A DNA stretch of 64,000 nt from Chrysomallon squamiferum (Eukaryota; Animalia; Mollusca). Numbering within the stretch: the stretch's first letter is position 1; each line of letters opens with the position of its first letter. This document shows positions 13,370 through 24,647 of the stretch, one piece after another. The notes under the pieces are model-generated. The model made no database searches. It worked only from the letters and a program-made list of their open reading frames with translations, and was not told the DNA's origin. Where the stretch lies: positions 3,844,001-3,908,000 of the forward strand of contig CM022665.1 in NCBI GenBank assembly GCA_012295275.1. The letters run 5' to 3'. The position numbers were made by a program, and so were the translations under genes.

Positions 13370-13384
13370 GTAAGATGAAATTGT

Positions 13385-13664
13385 GTGACCTCCTTTTCCA
13401 CGTTCCTGTCTAATTAAGCTATGTATTTGTCTTAATTTATCAAATATTATAATATGTAGACTTTTTCAGTCAGGACTGAAAATAGAATGATGTAATTAAA
13501 ACGATATAGTTCATTTTAATTTGGAAAACAATAGTAAAAATTAACAGAAGTTGTAATGTAAAGGTGACACGAACTTGGACTTTATTCATCGATTTATTTA
13601 TTTATTTATTTATTTATTCGTTTCTTTGCATGTTTTCACTTGTTTTCTTTCTTTATCTCTCCAC

Positions 13665-13699
<35 letters not shown>

Positions 13700-14595
13700 T
13701 TTTAGTTTATTATGAAATTAATTTTATTTAAAACTTTAACAAAAAAACCCAAAAAAAAAACCACAAAACAACATCGAGACATTTTTCACATTCTAGACAG
13801 TGCCTAGCCTATCAAAGCTATGAAAATAAGTCTTGTTCAGGTAACTCATAAGTGATAACAAAAAAATTTCCTTTGTCCTGTCATTAAAGCTTTATACAGT
13901 AACCCTCGATTTAACGGACTAACAATGGTGAAAGAGTGTGCGTTGTTGTGTAATTTATGTCTAGAGTCTACTAACTCAGTAATATTTAAAAATTACCAAA
14001 TTTGACACTGTAATTTTGATAATTTTAATACGGTTAATTGAAATATCAAAAAAAAAATATAATAAATAAATAAAAAAGAGAAATAAATATATTAATCAGA
14101 TAATGAATGGTAACAAATCGAATAGTGAATATGACCTGTCTATCTACATCATCCACATGCGGCGAGACTTACAAAGTTTTGCGCGAATTAAAGATGGCGT
14201 CCATTTATCCCAGGGATCTCAAAGAGCTTGTTCAGAACCGTTTGTCAAAGTCTGGTCCGCTTGACGACACTAAATCGAGGACTGTTTTTCGGTAGTTTTC
14301 TGTGTGGATTAATGTTAAATAATTTGTTCACGTATTAATAGCTAAGTGTGATTAACATGTATTTTACTCGATGGACAGTATAGCACGTGACATAAGTTAA
14401 CCAATCAGGAGTACTGGGATGGAAAACATCTAAAAAGCTATAGAGAGGTTTGATCCTAAATACGTTTAGTTATGAGCTACTACAAACATACACACACAGT
14501 AACACATAATGACATACAGTGACACAAGTACACATATACACATATGTAAACACAAACACAGACATAAAAAGAAATACTAGTAAAAAAACAGCTGA
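13385..14595. mobile_element. ~1.2-kb composite insertion in B1 intron 3, absent from B2 intron 3
   Basis: The B2 intron is 204 nt against 1400 nt here. Similarity breaks after atgaaattgt and resumes near gaagacc.gtgatagctat. Contains a pogo/Tigger-like end TA-CAGTAACCCTCGATTTAACGGA at ~13895. Confidence 0.55.
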
Positions 14596-14769
14596 ATGTT
14601 TGATATAGTAAACTGAGAAGACCTGTGATAGCTATCTACCTATTTATTTTATTTTATTTATTTATTTATTATCTAACAGTTTCTTGGCTTAATTGTTCGT
14701 TTTTTTGTTTATTGTTAGTTTTTTTTTGTTTTTTGTTTTTTTCTTTATCTTACTGGTTTTGATTCACAG

Positions 14770-14876
14770 GTACTGAAATGAGTATAACGTGTCAACCTCC
14801 GGACATTTTCACAACAACGACACTACCAACAACTGTAAGTACAGAATCATCATACGAAAAAAAACGTGCCAAATAA
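14770..14876 (+). CDS. B1 exon 4, Thr-rich stalk ending at TAA 14874-14876 as written
   Basis: TTCACAG acceptor. The A8 run at 14857-14864 shifts the frame relative to the ancestral donor GCAG|GTACGT at 14929/30 (160 nt = 159+1). Confidence 0.75.
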
Positions 14877-15690
14877 GAAAAAGCCAACCACAGCTACGAC
14901 GACAGGCACAGGAGTGTCGTGTCCTGCAGGTACGTGTTATAAAAAATATATTTTGTAAGACAGTTTGGAAAAATGAAGAAGAAATGAATGGCAGAAAGAA
15001 AGAAAGAAATTATAGTAGAAGAAATAAAAATAAAAGAGGGAAAATAAAAAGAAAGATGAGAGAAAGAAAGGCAAAGAAATTTTTTTTTTTTAAATGAAAG
15101 AAGAATGAGTGTAAGAAAGAAAAAACTATGCAAAAAATAAAAGAAAATAAAATAAAAAGAAAGAAAAAAGAAATAAAAAATCTAAAGATTGTTGAGGAGG
15201 AGAAGGAAAAATTTAATTTTTTTTTTAAAATATTTATGAAGCATTTATGAATAAAGTACATTAATTTTGTACTGTGAACTGAGATAACTTCTCGCGTGCC
15301 TCGCGCTGCAAAGCTGTCACGTGTTAACCAGCCGACTGTTACGTCACACCTGAGGTCGATTCAAACATCCGAAAATGTTCGAGTCGATGGTTTATGACAA
15401 ATATGTACGACTACATGTTGTGGTTTCTTCTTCTTCTTCTTCTTCTTCTCTCCGTTTCCCTCTCTCAGTACCTTTTTTACTTTCTTTCCTCTCATCTTTG
15501 TTCGTCATACGTGTTTGGGTGTTTTTGCATATTACTGACAAAACTCAAAGATAATAATGACAAGAAAACTGAATTGACCTGTTACTAACGTGTGTTTTCT
15601 CCACTTACATAAAGAGAGAAGTTTTGTGTAGTACATTAAATTTGTTGTTTCTTTCACGATATTTATTTTATATTAGTAAGTTTCACAAAC

Positions 15691-15742
15691 ATGACATTTT
15701 ATCTCGTGGTATTTCTTGCCATGTTTATTGGCTACTCGTCTT
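15691..15742 (+). pseudogene. B2 exon 1, inactivated signal-peptide exon (MTFYLVVFLAMFIGYSS)
   Basis: Near-identical to 11781-11832, but the donor is T|GTTAAA. Splicing to 16270 gives T+GA = stop; read-through gives TGT TAA. Confidence 0.75.
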
Positions 15743-15769
15743 GTTAAATTTTAATGTGTGTGTGTGTGT

Positions 15770-16090
15770 GTGCACACCTCGCTCATGTTTTTCTATGATT
15801 TCAAGCTTTAATTCAATGGATATCATCCGCTTCATCTTCTTAGCATTGTCCTTTGCACACACTTTCTGATGATCCATGGTCAGAAAAAAGAAATTGTGCA
15901 AAATACTGCACAAAACGCGAACACAACACAACAGAGATGCTTCTGCGGCGAGGTAACAATGTGAAGTAAATGAGAGAGACGCGGGATGCTGGGCGGATGT
16001 TGTACTGTTGGTTGCGCCAAGTAGCGGCGGCGTAGCTAAAGCTCGCTCGTAACTCGGATTGTGGCTCGCAACTTAAAGCAAAATATCTCT
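15770..16090 (-). mobile_element. Tigger/pogo DNA transposon 5' fragment encoding the transposase N-terminus
   Basis: Minus-strand MDHQKVCAKDNAKKMKRMISIELKLEIIEKHERGV (ATG at 15877) matches the CENP-B/psq HTH start of Tigger transposases (KR..isiE.K.EIiek.e.G). Absent from B1 intron 1. Confidence 0.8.
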
Positions 16091-16269
16091 ATGTTAGTAT
16101 GAATGTATGTGCGTGTGTGTCTTTGTGCATGTTCGTACGTATATCGGCACGTGTTTGTGTATGTTTGTGCATGCATATCCCTGAACCATGTTAGTAATGT
16201 CATTCATCGTACTTTTCTCGGAATGATAAAATAATTAATAGTTATTTTGTTTTTGTTTTTTTCACAAAG

Positions 16270-16686
16270 GAGCCAATATAGTGATGAAAAATGGTTCTTT
16301 GTACAATATCCACCAGCAAAGTTTCTGTTATAACAACTACTACAATTTTGGATGTCAGAACGGAAACATTGTACCCGTCAAAAATCGATTTGGTCTGAAG
16401 CCACCCGAAGTTCAAAAACGTTACAAATGCGCAGATGGTCACCATTTACCATACCGTCCAGAATGCTGTCAGAAAAATACTTCATCTGATTGTTTTTTGG
16501 ACAGCAATAAGGATTTAATTCACGTTGTGAAAACGTGTGGATATCGTTCTTCTTGTACTGCTCTAAAAGCAGGGTGGACATATCTAAGGAAGTTCTCACC
16601 AGTAAACTGCAAATACCAGTCATCAATGAAAGACAGTGATACGCTTTACACACAATATGTGGAAACAGAATACATCTGTAGAGATA
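16270..16686 (+). CDS. B2 exon 2, 10-Cys SUEL-lectin-like domain
   Basis: 417 nt, open, AAAG acceptor, A|GTAAGT donor; all 10 Cys shared with B1. Confidence 0.85.
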
Positions 16687-16945
16687 GTAAGTTAATACTA
16701 CACTGTTTCATCTCCATCTTGTTATTTTAACGTTTTACTTTATTATTAACAAAGGTTTCTTGTTATAATCAGTTAAACATATACATACGCAGACACACAC
16801 ACACAACACACTGACCTGTTTGTAATTGCCTAAAAAATTACATTACTAAAACAAATGTGACGTATTTGTTCTTACCTAGAAAACTGACTTTAACTGATAA
16901 TTTCTTACATTATAAAAATAAATGTTTTTTTTTTTTTTTTTTAAG

Positions 16946-17314
16946 CCTCGGATGACGTAACCCTGTGTCCAAGCCAAGAAACAAAGCATTCTGGAAAAGG
17001 AATATTTCTGACATCTGAATCGTATCCAAACTTTGCACCTAAACAAACTGGATTTCACTGCAACTGTACCATCACCGCTGATAATCAGCACGACGTCAGC
17101 GCGTACATAGTAGACTTGCGAATGTGTAACGAGAAGACAACACGGTGTGGACAACGTCTGAATCTGTATGGAACACCAGATAAAGAAATTGTCATAACAG
17201 ATTTTTATGCTGATGTAGGATTTAAGATGGTTTCGAATTCAGTCCACAAATTACAGTTCACTCAAACGGATGGGAAAATTCCATTTCATCTCTGGCTTTA
17301 TTTCTACGCCGATG
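16946..17314 (+). CDS. B2 exon 3, CUB-like domain
   Basis: 369 nt, open, poly-T-AAG acceptor, G|GTACCA donor; 7 aa differences from B1. Confidence 0.85.
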
Positions 17315-17383
17315 GTACCATGAAATTGTTTAATATAATAAATTTGGAAGACCAGTGATAGCTATATTTCTATTTATTTTATT

Positions 17384-17418
<35 letters not shown>

Positions 17419-17518
17419 TTATCTAACAGTTAGTTTCTTAGCTTAATTGTTTTTTTATCTTTCTTTTTCTGTTGTGTTTTTTTGTTTTTTTCTTTATCTT
17501 ACTGGTTTTGATTCACAG

Positions 17519-17614
17519 GTAATGAAATGAGTATAACGTGTCAACCTCCGGACACTTACACAGCAACGACAACAACAACATCGGCACTACCAACAGGAGT
17601 GTCGTGTGCTGCAG
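17519..17614 (+). CDS. B2 exon 4, Thr-rich stalk (GNEMSITCQPPDTYTATTTTTSALPTGVSCAA)
   Basis: 96 nt phase 1-1, TTCACAG acceptor and GCAG|GTACGG donor. Confidence 0.85.
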
Positions 17615-18159
17615 GTACGGATTATAAAAATGTATGGAAGGAAGAAAAATCTCAATATTGTTGAGGAAGAGAATGAAATTTTTGTTTTCTTTTTTTTAGA
17701 ATTATAAATATTTATGAAGCGTTTTTGAGTAAGGTACATGCGCACTCAATTATTTTTGGTTACTGTGTACTGTGAACTGAGATATCTTTTCGTTTGTGTC
17801 CACTGTTACGTCACAGTGATGTCGAAAATGTTCGAGTGCTGGTTTATGATAAATAAATACGACCACATGGTGTAGTTTCAAATGAAATATGGCACCAGCG
17901 AACCCAAAAATAGCCGAAAGGTATATGAAGCGAAAACTATTAGTAAATAAATATATTAACCGGAATCGTTGTCAGTAATACCCTCTGTCCAGGCTGAAAC
18001 CAAAGTTGCTTTGTATTTTGTTGCATTATACTGTATCACATTTTGCCATTATAAAAAAATACATTTCATTACTACATATCAGAATGTGCCAAATCCTAGT
18101 TTCGTCTCGTGTTATCGTATACTAGAGACTAAGTGTATATTTGTGTTTGATTTCTTCAG

Positions 18160-18255
18160 GTTGCATAAATGCAGAAGAATGCCCCACTATACAGGGAAAA
18201 CTGAAGCATTATGAAATGCAGCAGCAAGTAGCAGATTATGAGAAGAAATTTGACT
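18160..18255 (+). CDS. B2 exon 5, juxtamembrane (GCINAEECPTIQGKLKHYEMQQQVADYEKKFD)
   Basis: TTCTTCAG acceptor, T|GTAAGT donor, 96 nt phase 1-1 and open. Confidence 0.8.
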
Positions 18256-18721
18256 GTAAGTAGGTGTTGCATTGTGAGAGGAGGAGATATTTTATTATTA
18301 ATTAAACTGCACAGAGGTGCTTAACTGAGTTTTGCTGTGGATGAATTTGCCGGAACACCATTCTTTGGACTGTTTCTGACTGTTTTCCATATTTTATCAT
18401 GTGTTCTTCTTCTTTTTCTTTCTCTCTCCTTTTCCCTCTCGCAGTCCCTTTTTCGTTTTTCTTTCCTCACTCTCTGTTTTTGTCATACGTGTTTGCGTCT
18501 GTTTGTATATTTGTCTATCTGTAACATTTTGGGGTTGTTTTTTTTTTTTTTGCCTATGTGTCTTATTCTTCTTCTTCTGCTTTTCGATTGCTTTTTGACA
18601 ACACGTCAAAACTAGCAGTCACGATAAACGACACTGTTTTGTTTGTCTGCAACTATTTAGACCTTTCTTTGTCTGTCGCTGTGTTTGTCTGTTTGTCTCA
18701 CTACTTTTCTTCTGTTTTCAG

Positions 18722-18809
18722 ATCTTGAGTTAGTTTTGAGTGTGACTGGAGGTTTCATCCTTGGGGCGTGTCTTGTTACCGCTGTTGTGTATTTCAGAGA
18801 CAAGAAAAG
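18722..18809 (+). CDS. B2 exon 6, transmembrane helix with basic stop-transfer (YLELVLSVTGGFILGACLVTAVVYFRDKKR)
   Basis: TTTTCAG acceptor, AG|GTAATA donor, ~22 hydrophobic residues followed by RDKKR. Confidence 0.85.
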
Positions 18810-18908
18810 GTAATATTACTTTTAAGACATTGCAAACTGATTCGTGTACGTAAAAAATGACATTAAACACCATCATTTGTAACATTTAAATATCATTGTC
18901 TCCATAAG

Positions 18909-18957
18909 AAAATATTTGCACAACAGACGCAGTGATATGAAAATCACAAAGACATTT
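18909..18957 (+). CDS. Possible small cytoplasmic exon (RKYLHNRRSDMKITKT)
   Basis: In frame from an AAG acceptor and present in the orphan copy at 11052. The donor (TTT|GTCTTA) is weak and its phase does not fit the next exon. Confidence 0.35.
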
Positions 18958-19041
18958 GTCTTATACTATAAACCTTATACCATTAAATCTACTAGTAAAA
19001 GTAATCTGTTTACTGATTCATTTTCCCTTCATTAAAACTAG

Positions 19042-19301
19042 AAAACTACGTAACCATCGTCAACCTGAAGACCACAGTGGCCATCTCGACTTCACATGCG
19101 AACTGTTTCCACAACGTCAGATTCAGAACAGAACAGCTACGACAGGAGCGTGCGGGTCATCATCCTGGTTTGATAGAGAGTGAACTGAGAGAGACTTGTA
19201 ACAGAACATCATCACAAGAACGAAATAGGGAATACGACACGATTAGCTCTTCTAACACACCCGAGGAACATCTTTTTACTGTTCTTCCCAGTGATCATTA
19301 A
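19042..19301 (+). CDS. B2 terminal cytoplasmic-tail exon (reading frame ambiguous)
   Basis: CTAG acceptor and a non-repetitive GC-richer block. Phase-2 entry gives KLRNHRQPEDHSG…WFDRE* (stop 19183); phase-1 entry gives NYVTIV…REYDTISSSNTPEEHLFTVLPSDH* (stop 19301). Confidence 0.6.
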
Positions 19302-19365
19302 TTTATAACTATCTTCTTTTTATTTATTTATTTATTTATTTTTTAATTTTTTAAATTTATTATTG

Positions 19366-19416
<51 letters not shown>

Positions 19417-20260
19417 TTATTTATTATGATTATGTTTTATTTATTTATTTATTTTTATTTTTATTTATTTTTTTTGCTGTTTGTTTTTATTATATCTCGT
19501 TATTTTCTATTTTTAATGTTATGATTACTGTTTCATTCTTGACTTAAGACATTTTAATTTTAATTTCTTTCTGACTCTTTCTCATGTTAGTAAATAATAT
19601 CAAACGCTGATTATAAATGGTGATACTAGAAATAATAAAGCTGAAAGCAACGTTATCATAACTATGAATGATAGCCCTTCACGCGGATACTCTGTCGCTG
19701 TATCATAAATAAAACAAAATAAAAAGTTATAAATAAACAAACAAATCAACAAGAATAACTAAAAAACTTATATAAATAAATAAAAAATGATCTTGTCGTT
19801 GATGTTCTACTTTTGTTTATAGATATACCTATATCTTTGCATTGTTTTTATATATTTATTTGTGTTTTATTTCTTCTTCTTCTCACAGTTTTTAATTTGT
19901 TTCTTTGTTTTATTTTATTTCATTTCATCTCCCAAAATTTCACATTTTGATGCGGAATCTACAAAATATTGTCATCTTTCAGTCCGGAGTTAATCCTGGA
20001 CACTAATAAAAATTTTAACAATTAAATATTCTAAACAAGTTCGCTTTGCCAGTTCCAGACTCTCAGAGCCGCCTTCGTGTTATACGTGACGAGCTAAACT
20101 GAATTAAGTATAATTAAATGTTCTGCCCTAACAGCATCTGAAAACTGATAATGTCTATGAATATTCATATAGATAAATTTTGAGCTGATATGAAGAGGAT
20201 GTCAAATAAGGCAAAATATGAATGCTCTTAGTGTAGTGTATGTAAATTAAAAAAATTTAA

Positions 20261-20348
<88 letters not shown>

Positions 20349-20533
20349 GTATGTCGTTTATCTAATCAGTGTAAAATGCTAGGTTCAAATACATTATTAA
20401 TAAAAATAAAAATAAAAATTTAGATTCATAAATGATCTTTTTATCTTTATTTATGTAGATTGAGTCCTGGTTAAGCAGCCTTACAGAAAATTGTTAATGG
20501 TTATTTAGATAATAGAAGCGAATACAAAATAAA

Positions 20534-20606
20534 GAAGTACAGAGCACAGGCATTCACTGCTGGTGGCCGATTCAAGGCCCGTAACTGATACTATCTTGTC
20601 CGCCAT
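20534..20606 (-). pseudogene. Possible first-exon fragment resembling a PARP14/PARP10-type N-terminal RRM
   Basis: AAAAATGGCG start, MADKIVSVTGLESATSSECLC, then LYF after a 1-nt shift; similarity judged by eye only. Confidence 0.25.
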
Positions 20607-21021
20607 TTTTAATACAAGTTAACTCGAGAAACTTCAGCAACCTAATACTGAGGCGTCTGGTTGATTGCGTGTTACAGCGGCCATGTGGTGTCCTTGCTAG
20701 AATTAATGATTTTCTTATCAGAATGGTCAAGATATTTCATTCATTAAAGGATTTATTATTAATAAAGTGTATGAGAGGGAAGCACACGTTGTGAAATAAA
20801 TGGGTTATCGAGCCCATGTTAATGGTTCGTGCTGTGCAGGACTGGTTTAAGCTGGTGTCAAGTGGAATATCGTTCCATATGTTGTTATTATCTGGAGTGG
20901 CTGATATAAAATAATAATAAAAAATAGGCCTACGTATGCATGTATACACGTATGTAGAGGCATACATACAGAATAGAATAGCAACAAATACACACACATA
21001 TCCGTATCTATTTATCTATTT

Positions 21022-21097
<76 letters not shown>

Positions 21098-21374
21098 GGT
21101 AATATGTAATTATACAGAAAAAATTAAGACTCAAAAAGTTTCATATCTAGAAGTCAAAGTTAAACAGTAATTGTTCCTGTTAAACAACAACAGCAGCAGC
21201 AGTAACAACAACAACACCAACAACAAGAATAATATAAAAAAATACATCAAATCTGAAAACATCTAAGAAATTAGGTACTAGAGTCATCTAACAACATCGT
21301 GACTGGTTTAAGTACTTGCTAACTATTTCCTCTTTCAAAGTAATCGTGTCTTGATAACCTTTATTTATCTTCTT

Positions 21375-21412
<38 letters not shown>

Positions 21413-22439
21413 AAGTTTCGAAGTGAGACTGGATGAAGTTAACAGATTATTCAAACATTTCTCGCATGCGTAATTTTGATAAATCAAACACTGCGGTACA
21501 ACTTTGATGTTTTTGGTAACGTTCAGCCCAGAATGTAACGATTTAGGCAAAGCGACGATTTTTTTGAATTTGTTTGTTTAATTTTTTTGTTTACATATTT
21601 CTCTTTTCTGTCAGTGTTCCATAGATGGTGTAACAAACAAAGTTTGTCTAAGATAAAAAAAAAAAAATACAAATGAATCATCCTCGATACTGTTGCAAAC
21701 AGGGGAGGAATGCTATTGTTTGCTGTCATAAATTTACTGTTGGGAAACCTTGTTAGTTACTAACAATATGGTTAATCTCTTTGTTGGTTGTGTTCAGATT
21801 ATGTGTGTTTGTTTTGGTTTGTTCATATGAGGTACATGAAGAAAAAACGTGTTAAGTATTTTTATCCTTTTTTTTTAGAATTTATTTATTTATTTAATTT
21901 TTAGCATTTAGCTTAAACGTGTTAATTATTTGGAATTCAACAACATAATCGCATGTTATCCCGAAGCTTCCAAACACGTTTTTATAAAAAAAAAAAAAAA
22001 ATGTGTTTGTCTTTATATTTGTTTAACACAGACATTTCACTGTTTGAACTATCAGTTCACTGTAATTGTAAAATAATCTCATCATTGACAACATTATTTA
22101 TTTATTTATTTATTTATTTAAATAACTTCTCACCAATGCTGTAAGTTGCACCGTGTCATGAATTTTAAAAAGATATGTTTTTTTTTTTCTTTACGTATAA
22201 CTTTGTAATTAAATAACGCTGTTTTTCCAGCTGTTTGTCATTTCATTAGCATAAAATACATAAGCAGAGAGAGCAACAAAGAAAGTCTACACAGTTTGTC
22301 TCATGACTACATAATTAAATTTGCTCGTTTCTTCCATTCTCTAATACTCTAAACGATAATTTGAATAAACGCTACATTAGATATACAAGATGATAAATGT
22401 GTAGGTTTCGTTTTTTGGGGTTTTTTGTGGGCATTTATT

Positions 22440-22487
<48 letters not shown>

Positions 22488-23241
22488 TTATTTTTTGTTT
22501 TGCTTTTTTTTTAGCGTTTTGGAATATTACTATTTTTTTTTTTTTTTTTCTTTTTCGAAATAGCAAGTTGCAAACACAGATCTTGTTTCATGTTGTTTAT
22601 TTAATTTTTTATCTACAGTGACTCCAAAATTTATATTTTGTGCATTTTTACTGTAAAGATGATTTATGTCTTTTTTCGTTTCTAATTTATTTATTTACTT
22701 ATTTATTTATTATTGTTTTGTTTTTTGTTTTTTATTAATTTTATTATTATTTTTTGTTATTATAATTATTCAAAAATTGGGGGCTGTCTTTTTTTCTACT
22801 TGTTTTTCTTTTCTTTCCTTTTTTTTTTTTTTTTTGTATTTTTTTTTTGTTTTAGCTGTTTCTGCATTCTTAATCAAACCACTACCTTGGCATCAACTGC
22901 ATAACGTCAGCTGAATAAATATGTTAACTGCGTCACAGCCACCGACTGAAGCATCCCTCTAAACCTAATCGCAAACTTGTTTTAGAAGTTTCTGCCGTTG
23001 ATTTCATAATATAAATAGCAGGAACAAATTAAGCAAAACCGTCTGCAAACCAGTTTTTATTTTGTGCATTTATCTCCGCTTTTATCACTGATAGTAAGAA
23101 GTGTGAGGAAAGAAGTAGAAAATATGTTTCTAACCAGACACACGATAAATTCACACACACACACATGCACACTCACACGCACGCACACACACAAATAAAG
23201 TTATATTGTTGGCCGAAAGGTAACGTCGTCCGCCTTCGGAG

Positions 23242-23418
23242 TGCGGGTGAATGGGTGTCATACGTTCGAGTCTCGTCAGCGGCATCTGACGGGTTTGTGA
23301 GGTCGTGATTGGACTTTGTCCTCCTGCGCCAGTGCGTTCCATGTGCGTATTGTCTATGTGCAGAGTCTATTCAGACGTAGATAAGACAGAGAATATTCAA
23401 ATACTAAAATGCATACAT

Positions 23419-23420
<2 letters not shown>
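23242..23420 (+). repeat. Dispersed repeat, copy 1 (copy 2 at 48998-49160)
   Basis: Shared tgcggg.gaatgggtg.cata…agtctcgtcagcg.catctg…gccagtgcgttcc…cagacgta…agaatattca. Confidence 0.85.
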
Positions 23421-23457
<37 letters not shown>

Positions 23458-23968
23458 TAATGGAAGAAACAAATAAATCGTTGCCAATTACCTTGGCTAT
23501 TGTTTAGTTAAGAAAATGAATTTAGATAACGTCACTGAACGTGTTAAATTTCAAATATTTATCCTGCGTATGATCAAAACATGAAATTAAATAGCCTGCA
23601 TAAATGTCTATTAGATTTAAAATACTTATACATGTACGATTTAATAAAATTGTTAGTTTTCTTCAATGTCATCTTTTTTTTTCCATCCTGCCACATAAAA
23701 TGCTATTTTCTATCGATTTTTGCGCATTGCCCAAGACCATAAAAATAAATAGCTGCACCTAAGGCCAAAGTGATAATAATGCAATTTAATAATTTATTGT
23801 GATCGTTATTACAGAAAACAGGTTTGGTTGTTTTTATTAAAAAATAATTTCAGCTTTCCTTGTTGGTCATATTTCATTTGTAATTTTACAAAATTACTGT
23901 TAAAAAGTTTTATCTATGTTTCTGTTTCAACAAGAAGAAAAATAATTTTATTATTTATTTATTCATTG

Positions 23969-24002
<34 letters not shown>

Positions 24003-24616
24003 TTGTCTGTGTTTTGTTGTTTTCTCTTTTTCTTTTTGATTGTTTGTGTTGTGTTAATAAATCAATATGAAGAAAGATCATAGTTATTTCTGCGATCAAC
24101 GAAGTTTATATTTTAATTTGGTTTAAAAGAACAAGAGAATAATTTTTTTTTCTTTACAGATAAAGCTTTACAAATTAAAAATAAAAATTAATAATAATAA
24201 TAATAATAAACAAACAAAACAAACAACAAACAACAAAAATCAGTCAACCAATCAGTTAATTAATCAAGCTAAGCAACAAGATCAGCTACAGCAACAATAA
24301 CAGCAGCAACACCATCCCACCATAACCACCTCAAGCAACAACAACATTATTATTATTATTATTATTAAGAAGAAGAAGAAGCAAATGATGAAGAAAACAA
24401 TTTATTTCTAATCCTGATAATTAAAACAGTTATAAATATGTAACTAATACTGACGTAATACTTTGCTAAATGAGGCGTTATAGATATGCATATATTTAGA
24501 TTCCGTTGCACATCAACTGTCATAATTATGCAAATGACACCGACTGGGTAAACAACAGAATGTACTATAATGTTTGCCCGATCATTTTCTATATTAAACT
24601 AAATATCAGGTGCAAG

Positions 24617-24647
<31 letters not shown>

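Noticed and set aside
12288-17154. Minus-strand ORFs at 12288, 13024, 16242, 16378 and 16876
   Set aside because: Antisense shadows of the real + strand exons; their similarity to each other just reflects the duplication.
21595-21650. Possible minus-strand mini-exon (poly-T…TTAG acceptor, GTAAAC donor)
   Set aside because: Weak donor, no partner exons and no recognisable peptide.
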